Source: Akkermansia sp.
GTDB lineage: Bacteria > Verrucomicrobiota > Verrucomicrobiia > Verrucomicrobiales > Akkermansiaceae
DNA length: 64,000 nt
Reading direction: 5' to 3'
Assembly: GCA_017472085.1 (NCBI GenBank)
Contig: JAFUQZ010000084.1
Span: forward strand, 424 to 64,423
The stretch's first letter is position 1. Each line of letters starts with the position of its first letter. The translations under genes were made by a program, and so were the position numbers. The notes below the pieces were generated by a model. The model saw only the letters and a program-made list of their open reading frames with translations, did not search any database and was not told the DNA's origin. This document shows, piece after piece, positions 31,158 through 39,841 of the stretch.

Positions 31158-32567
31158 TTAGTCTTCGCGAATCAGGTACTTGCGGGCCTCGGCCGTCTCC
31201 GGGGAGTGGGCCTTGAGGGCGTTGATGGGCTTGGTGAGCGCCAGGAACTCTTCCCGGAACTTGGTGGTGAATGCCTGGGTGGGCCAGGAGCAGGCCTCGC
31301 CGAAGGCACAGACGGTGCGACCGCAGATGTTGTCTGCCACGGACTTGAGCAAATCGACATCTTCCGGGGACCCCTTGCCCTCGCAGATACGGGTGGAGAG
31401 CTTGAGCATCCAGGGGTTACCCTCGCGGCAGGGAGAGCACTGTCCGCAGGACTCCCAGGCAAAGAAGCGGTTCAGGTTGTTGAGCACCTTGGGCATGCTG
31501 CGGGAATCATCCATCACAATCACACCGCCGGAACCGCTCATGGAACCGAATTTAGCGATGGAATCCAGATCCAGCGGGATGTCAAACACGCTCATCTCGC
31601 GCACGGTACCGTCCGGATTGCGGTCTTTGAGCACCTCATCGCAGCGCATCACCTTGGCAGAGGCACCGCCGGGGATGATGGCCTTGAACTTGCGACCGCG
31701 CTTCGGGCCGCCGCAGATGTCGTACAGCAGTTCACCATAGGTGATGGAGCCGGAAATAATCTCATAGTAGCCCGGGCGGCGCACGTCACCGGACACGCCG
31801 ATGATGCGGGTGCCGGGGGAGCGCTGGGCACCCTCTGCGGCAAAGGCCTCGCCGCCGCGCATGAGCACCTGGCGCACCTGGCAGAGAGATTCCACGTTGT
31901 TCACGATGGTCGGGCAGCCGTACAGACCGATGGCGGCCGGGAAGAACGGCGGCTTGATGCGCGGATAGGGGCGCAGACCCTCAATGGAGTTAATCAGACC
32001 GGTTTCCTCACCGCAGATGTAGGCACCGGCGCCGCGGTGGACGATGATTTCCAGATCAAAGCCGCTCTTGAGGATGTTCTTGCCCAGGAATTTCTTCTTT
32101 TTGGCTTCCTCAATCGCGTTCTGCATGATTTTGGCGGCCTCCGGGAACTCCTCGCGCATGTAGATGACACCAAAGTGTGCCTGCACGGCATAGCAGGCGA
32201 TAATCATACCCTCCAGCAGCTGGTGCGGGTCCTGGTGCACCACAAAACGGTCCTTGAAAGTGCCGGGCTCGGATTCGTCGCAGTTGCAGACGAGGTACAC
32301 GGGCTTGGTGTTGCCCTTGGGAATGAAGGTCCACTTCACACCGGTGGGGAAACCGGCACCGCCGCGGCCGCGCAGACCGCTCTTCTTCACTTCGTTGACG
32401 ACGTCGGCAGGCTCCATCTTGATAGCCTTTTTCAGCGTCTCGTAGCCGCCGTCCTCCATGAAGCATTTGATGGAAGGATTGTATCCCTCGCGGTCAATGT
32501 TACGGAAAATGCGGCGCGTTTCACGCGGGTGCGGCTCGCGGCCGCGGATATAGGTGATTTCGCTCAT
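31158..32567 (-). CDS. nuoF: NADH-quinone oxidoreductase subunit F
   Basis: SGLRGRGGAGFPTGVKW, NCDESEPGTFKDR, GAGAYICGEET, ESCGQCSPCREG. Confidence 0.98.
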   Translation of the reverse strand: MSEITYIRGREPHPRETRRIFRNIDREGYNPSIKCFMEDGGYETLKKAIKMEPADVVNEVKKSGLRGRGGAGFPTGVKWTFIPKGNTKPVYLVCNCDESEPGTFKDRFVVHQDPHQLLEGMIIACYAVQAHFGVIYMREEFPEAAKIMQNAIEEAKKKKFLGKNILKSGFDLEIIVHRGAGAYICGEETGLINSIEGLRPYPRIKPPFFPAAIGLYGCPTIVNNVESLCQVRQVLMRGGEAFAAEGAQRSPGTRIIGVSGDVRRPGYYEIISGSITYGELLYDICGGPKRGRKFKAIIPGGASAKVMRCDEVLKDRNPDGTVREMSVFDIPLDLDSIAKFGSMSGSGGVIVMDDSRSMPKVLNNLNRFFAWESCGQCSPCREGNPWMLKLSTRICEGKGSPEDVDLLKSVADNICGRTVCAFGEACSWPTQAFTTKFREEFLALTKPINALKAHSPETAEARKYLIRED

Positions 32568-32582
32568 GTTTCGCAGAGGGGG

Positions 32583-33164
32583 TTAATCTTTCTTGCTGTA
32601 TTCGCTGATCAGCTTGTCAATCATCTTCGGAGTGACCTGAGAATACAGCGTGTCGTTAATCATCACATTGGGGCCGAAACCGCAGTTGGCCAGGCACTCT
32701 ACCGGTTCGATGCTCCACAGGCCATCCGGGCTCACGGCCATGGGATGCTCATCTGTTAGAGAAGCGGGGTCGACACCGATTTTGCCGCAGATGTAGGCCA
32801 TCAGCTCCTCGCCGCCGGAAAGGGCACAGGCGATGGTGCGGCACACGCGGAAGTGGTACTTGCCGGGGCAGGAGGTGTGAATACCGGGGTAGAAGGTAAC
32901 CACGCCGGCCACGTGGATGGGTGTGCTCTTGCACATTTCCGCAATCCAGGGCATGGCCTCCGGGCAGATGTAACCGTGCTTTTCCTGAATCATGTGGATG
33001 ATGGGCAGCACGGCGGACTGTTCCTTGCCCTCCGGATACAGAGCCACCAGCTTGGCGGCTTCCTCTGTCAGCTCCTTGGTGACCTCGAACTTGGGGAAGT
33101 ACTTCTCTCCGGGAGAAGGCTTGGCCGCCGTCAGGGCGTCAATCGCATTGGGTTGTTCAGACAT
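32583..33164 (-). CDS. nuoE: NADH-quinone oxidoreductase subunit E
   Basis: VCRTIAC and VECLANC [2Fe-2S] ligands, VVTFY. Confidence 0.96.
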   Translation of the reverse strand: MSEQPNAIDALTAAKPSPGEKYFPKFEVTKELTEEAAKLVALYPEGKEQSAVLPIIHMIQEKHGYICPEAMPWIAEMCKSTPIHVAGVVTFYPGIHTSCPGKYHFRVCRTIACALSGGEELMAYICGKIGVDPASLTDEHPMAVSPDGLWSIEPVECLANCGFGPNVMINDTLYSQVTPKMIDKLISEYSKKD

Positions 33165-33194
33165 GTGAGTTCAGAAGTGTTGTCTTTGAAAGGT

Positions 33195-34439
33195 TTAGCG
33201 GTCGCATTCGCCCTGCACGAAGTCGAAGGAACCCAGAATGGCGGGTACGTCGCTGACCAGGTGACCCGGCAGCAGCTCCGGCAGGATGGAAAGGGTGCAG
33301 TAGGAGGGGCTGCGCATCTTCAGGCGGTTGGCAATGCCGCCGCCCTTGGAATCCAGGAAGAAGCCCAGCTCGCCCTTCGGGTTTTCGGCGGCGAAGTAGA
33401 CCTGGCCGACCGGGGCGTTCACGCATTCGGTGCTGACCATGAACTGGCGGATGAGTTCCTCCATGCCTTCCATGGCGGCCTGCTTGTTCGGCAGGATACC
33501 CTTGTCGTTCTGCACCCAGATGGGACCGCCGGGCATCTTTGCCAGCACCTGGCGGATGATACGGACGGACTGGCGGATTTCTTCCATACGCACCTGGAAG
33601 CGGGCGTAGCAGTCACCTTCCTCTGCCACGGGGACGTCGAATTCGTACTGCTCGTAGCCCAGATAGGGATTGGTCTTGCGGAGATCGCGGTTCACACCGC
33701 TGGCGCGCAGGTTGTTGCCGGTCATGCCGTTCTGCAGGGCCATCTCCCTGGTGATGACACCCACGCCGACCAGACGGTCGATGAATACCTTGTTGTGCAG
33801 AAGCAGTTTCTCCATTTCATCCACGGTGCGCAGGGCGCTGTCGCAGAAAGCAAGTATCTGTTTCTCAATACCCTTCGGCAAGTCGCGGGTCATGCCGCCG
33901 ATGCGGGTGTAGCTGGAGGTGAAACGGGCGCCGCAAATCTGTTCGTAGATGTTGTGCACGCGCTCCTTTTCCTCAAAGGCATACAGGAATGCAGTCATGG
34001 CACCGGTGTCCATGGCATACACACCCGTCCCCAGGAAGCAGGAGGAGATGCGGGACAGCTCGCAGCACAGCACGCGGATGGCCTGGCCGCGCTCCGGCAG
34101 CTCCCAGCCCATCAGCTTCTCCACCGCGCAGGCGTAGGCGATGTTGTTGCTCATCGGGGCCAGGTAGTCCATGCGATCCGTGTAGGTCACAAACTGGTTG
34201 TAGTGGCAGTTCTCGGCAATCTTTTCCATGCCTCGGTGCAGGTAGCCAATCACGGGGTCGCAAGATACAATCTCCTCACCGTCAATGACCAGCTTCAGGC
34301 GCAGCACACCGTGCGTTGCAGGGTGCGAGGGACCCATGTTCAGGGTCACCAGCTCGCCCTGGTCCTCGGCGTCGTTTTTCAGGTAATCTACCGCAGCGGT
34401 TGATGTATCAGGCACTTGTAAAATCTTTGTTGTCTTCAT
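33195..34439 (-). CDS. nuoD: NADH-quinone oxidoreductase subunit D
   Basis: LNMGPSHPATHGVLRL, IGYLHRGMEK, DRMDY, ENPKGELG, GSFDFVQGECDR. Confidence 0.98.
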   Translation of the reverse strand: MKTTKILQVPDTSTAAVDYLKNDAEDQGELVTLNMGPSHPATHGVLRLKLVIDGEEIVSCDPVIGYLHRGMEKIAENCHYNQFVTYTDRMDYLAPMSNNIAYACAVEKLMGWELPERGQAIRVLCCELSRISSCFLGTGVYAMDTGAMTAFLYAFEEKERVHNIYEQICGARFTSSYTRIGGMTRDLPKGIEKQILAFCDSALRTVDEMEKLLLHNKVFIDRLVGVGVITREMALQNGMTGNNLRASGVNRDLRKTNPYLGYEQYEFDVPVAEEGDCYARFQVRMEEIRQSVRIIRQVLAKMPGGPIWVQNDKGILPNKQAAMEGMEELIRQFMVSTECVNAPVGQVYFAAENPKGELGFFLDSKGGGIANRLKMRSPSYCTLSILPELLPGHLVSDVPAILGSFDFVQGECDR

Positions 34440-34665
34440 AACCGGTTATATGCAGGGCCACCTCCGGCCACTATCGTGCGGAGATATTAAACACCTTTCA
34501 CTTGTAAAGTTCAAGCCTAAAGTGCTGCCCGACAGCGGAAAATCAGCCGGATGATAACCTGTTCTATGGTTAGTTTTATCAAACTTTTAGAACTATTCAA
34601 AAGTTAAATAGGGCTGCGGAAGCTCCGTCGGTGACATTTCAGGAACAGTAAGCCACGATTGCCGC

Positions 34666-34694
34666 TTGCAGGGAGGCAGGGCAGAGGGTATGAT
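34666..34694 (+). promoter_or_regulatory. Promoter TTGCAG-17-TATGAT, 6 nt before ATG 34701
   Basis: Counted directly from the sequence. Confidence 0.75.
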
Positions 34695-34700
34695 ACAGGT

Positions 34701-35168
34701 ATGAGTTCGAAAGTAACGGCTGAACAGTTGGATATGGTGCGCGGATGGGCATCCGAGGGAATTGACCTCAACGGCATCCAGAAGAAGCTGGTGTCGGAGT
34801 GCGGGGTGCATCTCACCTACATGGATGTCCGCTTCCTGCTGCTGGACAATGGTATCGAAATTGCCACCGCTCCGGCACCGGTGAAAGCTCCTGAAAAACC
34901 GGTCGCACCGAAACCGGCTGAGCCTGCTCCCGCAGAGACTGCCGATGCGGCAGCAGCTCCCGGTGCGCCGAAAGTGACCCTGGATGAGCTGCAGCTCCCC
35001 GGCGCTCTGATTTCCGGCAAGGTAGAGTTCCCCTCCGGCACACGCGGTGCCTGGATGATTGACCAGATGGGCCGTTTCGCCTGGAATGACCTGAGCGGCA
35101 CGCCCACACAGGAAGAGCTGCAGGCATTCCAATTTGAGCTGACGCAGCTGCTCAGCCGCGGACGCTGA
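34701..35168 (+). CDS. Hypothetical protein (N-terminal helical domain, Pro/Ala linker, C-terminal alpha/beta domain)
   Basis: Host-like codon usage; start MSSKVTAEQ behind a clear promoter. Confidence 0.8.
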   Translation: MSSKVTAEQLDMVRGWASEGIDLNGIQKKLVSECGVHLTYMDVRFLLLDNGIEIATAPAPVKAPEKPVAPKPAEPAPAETADAAAAPGAPKVTLDELQLPGALISGKVEFPSGTRGAWMIDQMGRFAWNDLSGTPTQEELQAFQFELTQLLSRGR

Positions 35169-35457
35169 GTGGAGAAAACAATCTCCATTCCTGCCAACGG
35201 CAGGAATTCTTCACCGTGCGCGACAGCGCGTTCTTCGCCCAAATGCCGCAGGCATTTTTCTTCACCACAGGGCGCAAGCTCTGTTCTTCATCTTGCATTA
35301 AAAACTCGCTTGCGCTCGTGGTGAAGAACGCCCTGCCGGGCGTGGTGAAGAATCGGCTTCGCCGATGGTGAAGAAAAGTGCCCTGCCGGGCACTTGGGTG
35401 AAGAACTCAGCGCGCTGCGCTGAGTGGAGAAAACAAGTGCGAGAGAAAACAAGTGCG
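35169..35457. repeat. Symmetric mosaic array of 9-bp linkers (TTCTTCACC x4, then GGTGAAGAA x4) separating variable hairpins (REP/BIME-like)
   Basis: Linkers at 35207, 35231, 35258, 35284 (reverse) and 35320, 35344, 35367, 35397 (forward); GCTGAGTGGAGAAAACA direct repeat at 35164 and 35419. Confidence 0.9.
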
Positions 35458-35477
35458 GTGCTTCTTTCTGCCCGGAT

Positions 35478-35999
35478 TTATCGGAAATCGCGATGGCCGA
35501 TGCTTTTTCGGAAATGATATTCGGTCGGGTCATCTTTATATTTTTTGATGACACCGGTGACTTTTCCGGTTGAATCGTGTTTGAAGGTGAGGGTATATTG
35601 ATTATCCTGAGAGAGCAGGGTGTTGTCTCTCAGTTCCAGGTTCAGTGCACACTCCATTTCAGGGTCTTCCAGGTAGTGGTCCTGAAAGATTTCGATGACG
35701 GTGACGCCGTAGTGGTATTTCCCTGCGTATTGCGGGAGGAGAATCATGAGATGGGGGGAGCCGCTGTCGAGCCCATTGTCGGGTCGTTCGTAATCGTAGC
35801 AGTACACTCCCTGCAATTGATAGAGTTTATCCCACCCCGGGGCGGGCTGTTCCCTCCGCTTGGCTTCGCAGACCTGTTGCGACTGTTCATGCGTCAGTCT
35901 GAGCGCCGGTTCTGCTGCGGGTGTCCGGCAGCCCGTGATGAGCCACCCGACTGTGAGCAGAATCACCGGGGCGAGGAGTGTGGACGGAGTATGCATCAT
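35478..35999 (-). CDS. Putative lipoprotein
   Basis: Signal peptide ending LITG-C (lipobox-like); lower GC. Confidence 0.65.
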   Translation of the reverse strand: MMHTPSTLLAPVILLTVGWLITGCRTPAAEPALRLTHEQSQQVCEAKRREQPAPGWDKLYQLQGVYCYDYERPDNGLDSGSPHLMILLPQYAGKYHYGVTVIEIFQDHYLEDPEMECALNLELRDNTLLSQDNQYTLTFKHDSTGKVTGVIKKYKDDPTEYHFRKSIGHRDFR

Positions 36000-36208
36000 A
36001 TCTACTCAATATAATCCACATTCGCTGTCAATCCGCAACTTTTTTTTCTGAAAAAAAGATGTGCCGGGAGTCAGTATGTGAAGGCAGGCCTGTGTTTCCC
36101 GGAAGCGATAGACGGGGAACAAAACAATGGCAGAAAATGCGTAAAAAGATTCCGGCGGCGGGAAATATGCTTGAGTTCGGGTGTTATAGGTGTTAGCATA
36201 GGGACAAC

Positions 36209-37237
36209 ATGATACCCAAATTTTTATTTTTTATTTTCCCGTTGCTGGCAGTGCTGGTCGGGATTCCGGCCGGTGGGTTGGAGCTGGAGGTTCTTTCCCC
36301 GACGATGACTCGTCAGGATGCCGATGACTATCTGACCAAGGATTATGTCTATCGCGTGCTGGAAGATGGTTCGGTGCGCCGCACCTGGAGTCCGGATGCG
36401 AACAGCCGCCTGATGCTGGATTTTGACCCGAAGAAAGGCGCGTTGCTGAGTATGTTCATGGAATACCGCAAACCGATTGCGGAGGAGGAGGCCATGAAGA
36501 CTCTGCAGGTGATGACCGGCAAGGATAAGGTTTCCTGGTCCAGGATGCCGGAGGAAAAGATGGAAAAAATCGGTGTGTCGGGAGCCCGTGCCATGAAAGT
36601 GGGCAAGGGGTTTGCTTTTTATGAGACAACGGCTTCCGGCAAGTGCCGCAGAATCACCGTGTATCCGCATGCTCCCAAGGAAAGTCGCCTCCTGTTGCGC
36701 GAAATTGCGGTCAGTGAGGCCGGACAGAGTGGGTTCGATAGTTCAAAGTCGGTGGCGGATTGTCGCCAGCTGATGGCTGAGGAGGAAAAAATCTTCTTTA
36801 CCCCGAATAAGGCCGAGCTGGCCAAGGCGGCAGCGGCAGCCCGCAAGCGCCAGGCCGAATCCGGGGAGGAATCGACTTCCATAGCGGTGAATACCGTGCA
36901 GGAGGAAGAGCCGGAGGTGAAAGAGGAGCCTGTTGCGCAGGAGCAGGAGGCTGCAACGGAGGAGAAGCCTGTGGCCACGACCAAGAAGAAAAAGAAGACG
37001 GCACGCGAGAAGTCTTTCATGGAGAAACTGGGGTTGGGCGACATGACGGAAGGCGAGATGATGACCTATGGCGCCGGGGTGCTGGTGTTGCTTATCATCA
37101 TCGTGGTGGCTGTGCGCAGCAAAATGAACAGTGATATCAGAAAGAACCGAGAGAAGAATATCCGGCTGGGAACGGCTACCTCTGCCGATCAGTTGGGCGC
37201 GCCGCGTCGCAGACCGCAGACGCATCGCAGAAAATAA
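36209..37237 (+). CDS. Exported protein with charged linker, C-terminal TM helix and basic tail
   Basis: Signal peptide MIPKFLFFIFPLLAVLVG; TM YGAGVLVLLIIIVVAV; promoter TTGAGT-17-TAGCAT at 36171-36199, 9 nt upstream. Confidence 0.75.
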   Translation: MIPKFLFFIFPLLAVLVGIPAGGLELEVLSPTMTRQDADDYLTKDYVYRVLEDGSVRRTWSPDANSRLMLDFDPKKGALLSMFMEYRKPIAEEEAMKTLQVMTGKDKVSWSRMPEEKMEKIGVSGARAMKVGKGFAFYETTASGKCRRITVYPHAPKESRLLLREIAVSEAGQSGFDSSKSVADCRQLMAEEEKIFFTPNKAELAKAAAAARKRQAESGEESTSIAVNTVQEEEPEVKEEPVAQEQEAATEEKPVATTKKKKKTAREKSFMEKLGLGDMTEGEMMTYGAGVLVLLIIIVVAVRSKMNSDIRKNREKNIRLGTATSADQLGAPRRRPQTHRRK

Positions 37238-37258
37238 CGACTTAAGAGAAAAGAGACT

Positions 37259-39808
37259 ATGAAACTTCGTCAACCCTTTTCGTATGTATCAGCTCTGGTG
37301 CTGATAGGGGCCGCCATGTTGTGCGGTGCTCAGGATAAAGCTCCGACAAAACCGGCCGGTAAACCGGCTAAGAAAGCAGCCAGGGCTGAGGCTGCCGATG
37401 ATGGTGAGTATGTGAATCGCAAGATGGCAGAAAACTGGAAAAACCCGGACCAGACACTCCGGCGTCTGGGTGCTGCCATTACGGAGCGAGTGAAAGGTAC
37501 AGACCCGGAGGCTGTGCAGCGCTTTGTGGAGAAGCCTGCCAACCGCCTGTTGCTGGCGCAGTGGATGCTGGCCTGGTGTGACCGGAATTGCTCGAACTCG
37601 GAGGCCATTCAGAACTCGGTGAGAGCGGCTGCCAATAAGTTCACCAACCGCGAGCTGGACTTCCAGGTGCAGGAGTCCATTCTGGCGGATATGCCCAAGG
37701 AGGAACGCCCCGAACAACAGCGGAAACTGGATGAAATCAGGAGGGATCTGGATATGCTGGAGAAGCACCAGAACCTGCCGTGGACACTGGCCGACTTTGC
37801 AGAGGAGAAGAGCAGCAAGAAGCTGCTGGAGGCTTTATCATCTGACCTGGGGTGGATGTACCAGCTGGTATTCAGCGGTGAATGCATCAACCCCGGGCGT
37901 GCGCTGGCCATTATTCAGGGCGTGTCTGAGCGGCATCCGGATATGTATAAGACCCGCATGGTGCGCGATATCGCCACCGCCACCGGCCTGGAGTTCGCCC
38001 GCGAGTGCTGGGAATACGGCAAGGCGATGGATCGTGCGGATTACTATATCGGCAAATGGCGTGAGAAGAAGCTGAACATCGTCTTTGAATCCCTGCCTTT
38101 CTGGCAGCGCCGCATCCTCTGCGCCAGTAAGTGTTCGGATGGTTTCGGTAACGCTTCCGCCGGTCTGCCTGCCAGCTTTGAGTGGGTGCAGGACAATGTG
38201 CGCATTCCTGCCGAGCGTTTTTCCGGGTGCTGCTGGCGCTGCGGGTACAAGCTCTGGAATCCGTATGCCCAGAGTGTGCATGGTGCGGATTACCGCAACC
38301 CGTTCAATGGGATGTTTGACAGCAATCACCACCAGTTCACCTATGAAGTGGGCGGCGTTTGCGGTGGGTTGTCCCACTTCGGTGCCTATGCGGCCACGGC
38401 GCACGGCATTCCCGCTCTCACAATGGGTGAGCCGGGGCACTGTGCCTTTGTGCTGCGCGTCAACGGTGAGTGGACGCCCGCCTACTCCGTGTTCTGGCAG
38501 CACAGCCTGCACTGGACTCCCTGGGCCAACAACTGGCGCTATACCTCGCTGCACATGATGACGGAGTGGCTGGAGGAGTCTGATGCCAGGGATAACGATG
38601 TGGCTAATGCCTATCTGGTGCTGGGGCGCATCTTCCAGGACCGGAATCGTAAGAAAGAAGCCCTCAAGTGTTTCTTCCACTCGGTGGAAACGCAGCCGCT
38701 CAATTATACCGCCTGGCGTGCCTGTGCGAAGTTCCTTCAGGAGAATTATCCCGGTGATACTGCCCTCTGGCGCCGGCTTCAGGATGAGGCCTGCACTCTG
38801 CTGGCAACGCGTTACCCGGAGCTGGGGGCAGAGTTCCTTCAGAAGCACGTCTATGACAACCTGGCCAAAACTTCCATATCCAAGGATGAAATCAAGCAGT
38901 GCATTCATCTCTTCTGGAGCTCGCTCTATGATGAGGGCCCGGCCCGTTGGGAAGTGGGCGTGATGGCTGACCGCCAGATGCGGCTCCTGGAAAAGGATGC
39001 CGAGCAGCCCCAGGTGACTGTAACCGTGGGCGAAGGGGATAAGAAAGAGACGAAGAAGGTGGACAAGCTCAATGTGGAGCGAGCCTGTTACCTCTTTGCC
39101 TCCATCTATTCTGCGGTGTCGGCCAAGCCGGTGCTGCCCACCCGTGTGACGGATTGGATGAACGAGCTGGACGCCATGCACAATCACGTCCTGTCTGACC
39201 GCGTGAAACAGATGACGGCTCATTTCAGCCATGTGCCCTCCGGGCCGCAGGGCGAAATGATGCAGAACCGCATGTTGCTGGCGGCAGAAGCTTCTTTCAA
39301 CATGGATGCATTCCAGTCCATGGGGCGTGATATGGCCGATGAAAAGGGCCTGCTGAGCGGCGAAATGCCGCCGCATGAGGCGTTGAACGGTGCCATCATG
39401 TCACAGGGCGGGCTCGTCTTTGCCGGCAGCTATGCCGAGAGCGATACTCCGGCAGGCCACTGGGGCGTGCTGGAGGGGTGCGGCGGCAATATTGAGACCG
39501 CTGCGGAGGCCAACCCCTGGGTGGCCGTGATGCTGCCCAAGGATGCCTTTATCTCCGGGGTTGTCATCATTGGACCGGAGGGCAAGAACCGGAATCGCAA
39601 TGATATGGTGATTCAGGTTTCCGAAACCGGCAAGGAGGACTCCTGGCAGACGGTAGGCAGCCCGCTGGGTGCATGCACCGGACGCATCAGCCGCGCTGAT
39701 TTCGGCGGGCAGGAGAGCAAGTGCAAGTTCATCCGCGTGCTGCGTAAGGGGGGCAATACGCCGCTGCAAATCAACGCCATTTATGTGTACGGTCGCCCCG
39801 CCGCCTGA
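37259..39808 (+). CDS. Secreted protein with putative transglutaminase/papain-like core and C-terminal discoidin (F5/8C)-like domain
   Basis: Signal peptide; GGVCGGLSHFG..AHGIPA..GEPGHCA Cys/His motif; C-terminal ETAAEANPWVAVML..VIQVSETG..WQTVG..KFIRVLR. Confidence 0.65.
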   Translation: MKLRQPFSYVSALVLIGAAMLCGAQDKAPTKPAGKPAKKAARAEAADDGEYVNRKMAENWKNPDQTLRRLGAAITERVKGTDPEAVQRFVEKPANRLLLAQWMLAWCDRNCSNSEAIQNSVRAAANKFTNRELDFQVQESILADMPKEERPEQQRKLDEIRRDLDMLEKHQNLPWTLADFAEEKSSKKLLEALSSDLGWMYQLVFSGECINPGRALAIIQGVSERHPDMYKTRMVRDIATATGLEFARECWEYGKAMDRADYYIGKWREKKLNIVFESLPFWQRRILCASKCSDGFGNASAGLPASFEWVQDNVRIPAERFSGCCWRCGYKLWNPYAQSVHGADYRNPFNGMFDSNHHQFTYEVGGVCGGLSHFGAYAATAHGIPALTMGEPGHCAFVLRVNGEWTPAYSVFWQHSLHWTPWANNWRYTSLHMMTEWLEESDARDNDVANAYLVLGRIFQDRNRKKEALKCFFHSVETQPLNYTAWRACAKFLQENYPGDTALWRRLQDEACTLLATRYPELGAEFLQKHVYDNLAKTSISKDEIKQCIHLFWSSLYDEGPARWEVGVMADRQMRLLEKDAEQPQVTVTVGEGDKKETKKVDKLNVERACYLFASIYSAVSAKPVLPTRVTDWMNELDAMHNHVLSDRVKQMTAHFSHVPSGPQGEMMQNRMLLAAEASFNMDAFQSMGRDMADEKGLLSGEMPPHEALNGAIMSQGGLVFAGSYAESDTPAGHWGVLEGCGGNIETAAEANPWVAVMLPKDAFISGVVIIGPEGKNRNRNDMVIQVSETGKEDSWQTVGSPLGACTGRISRADFGGQESKCKFIRVLRKGGNTPLQINAIYVYGRPAA

Positions 39809-39841
39809 TTTGTGAGGATTCAACGTATAATGTTCCATACT

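Noticed and set aside
23008-34403. Long plus-strand ORFs (23008..26793, 28456..29364, 29397..32759, 32853..34403)
   Set aside because: Antisense shadows of nuo genes.
35200-35430. CRISPR array
   Set aside because: Repeats are only 9 bp, spacers 14-21 nt and themselves palindromic, orientation flips midway, and no cas genes are present.
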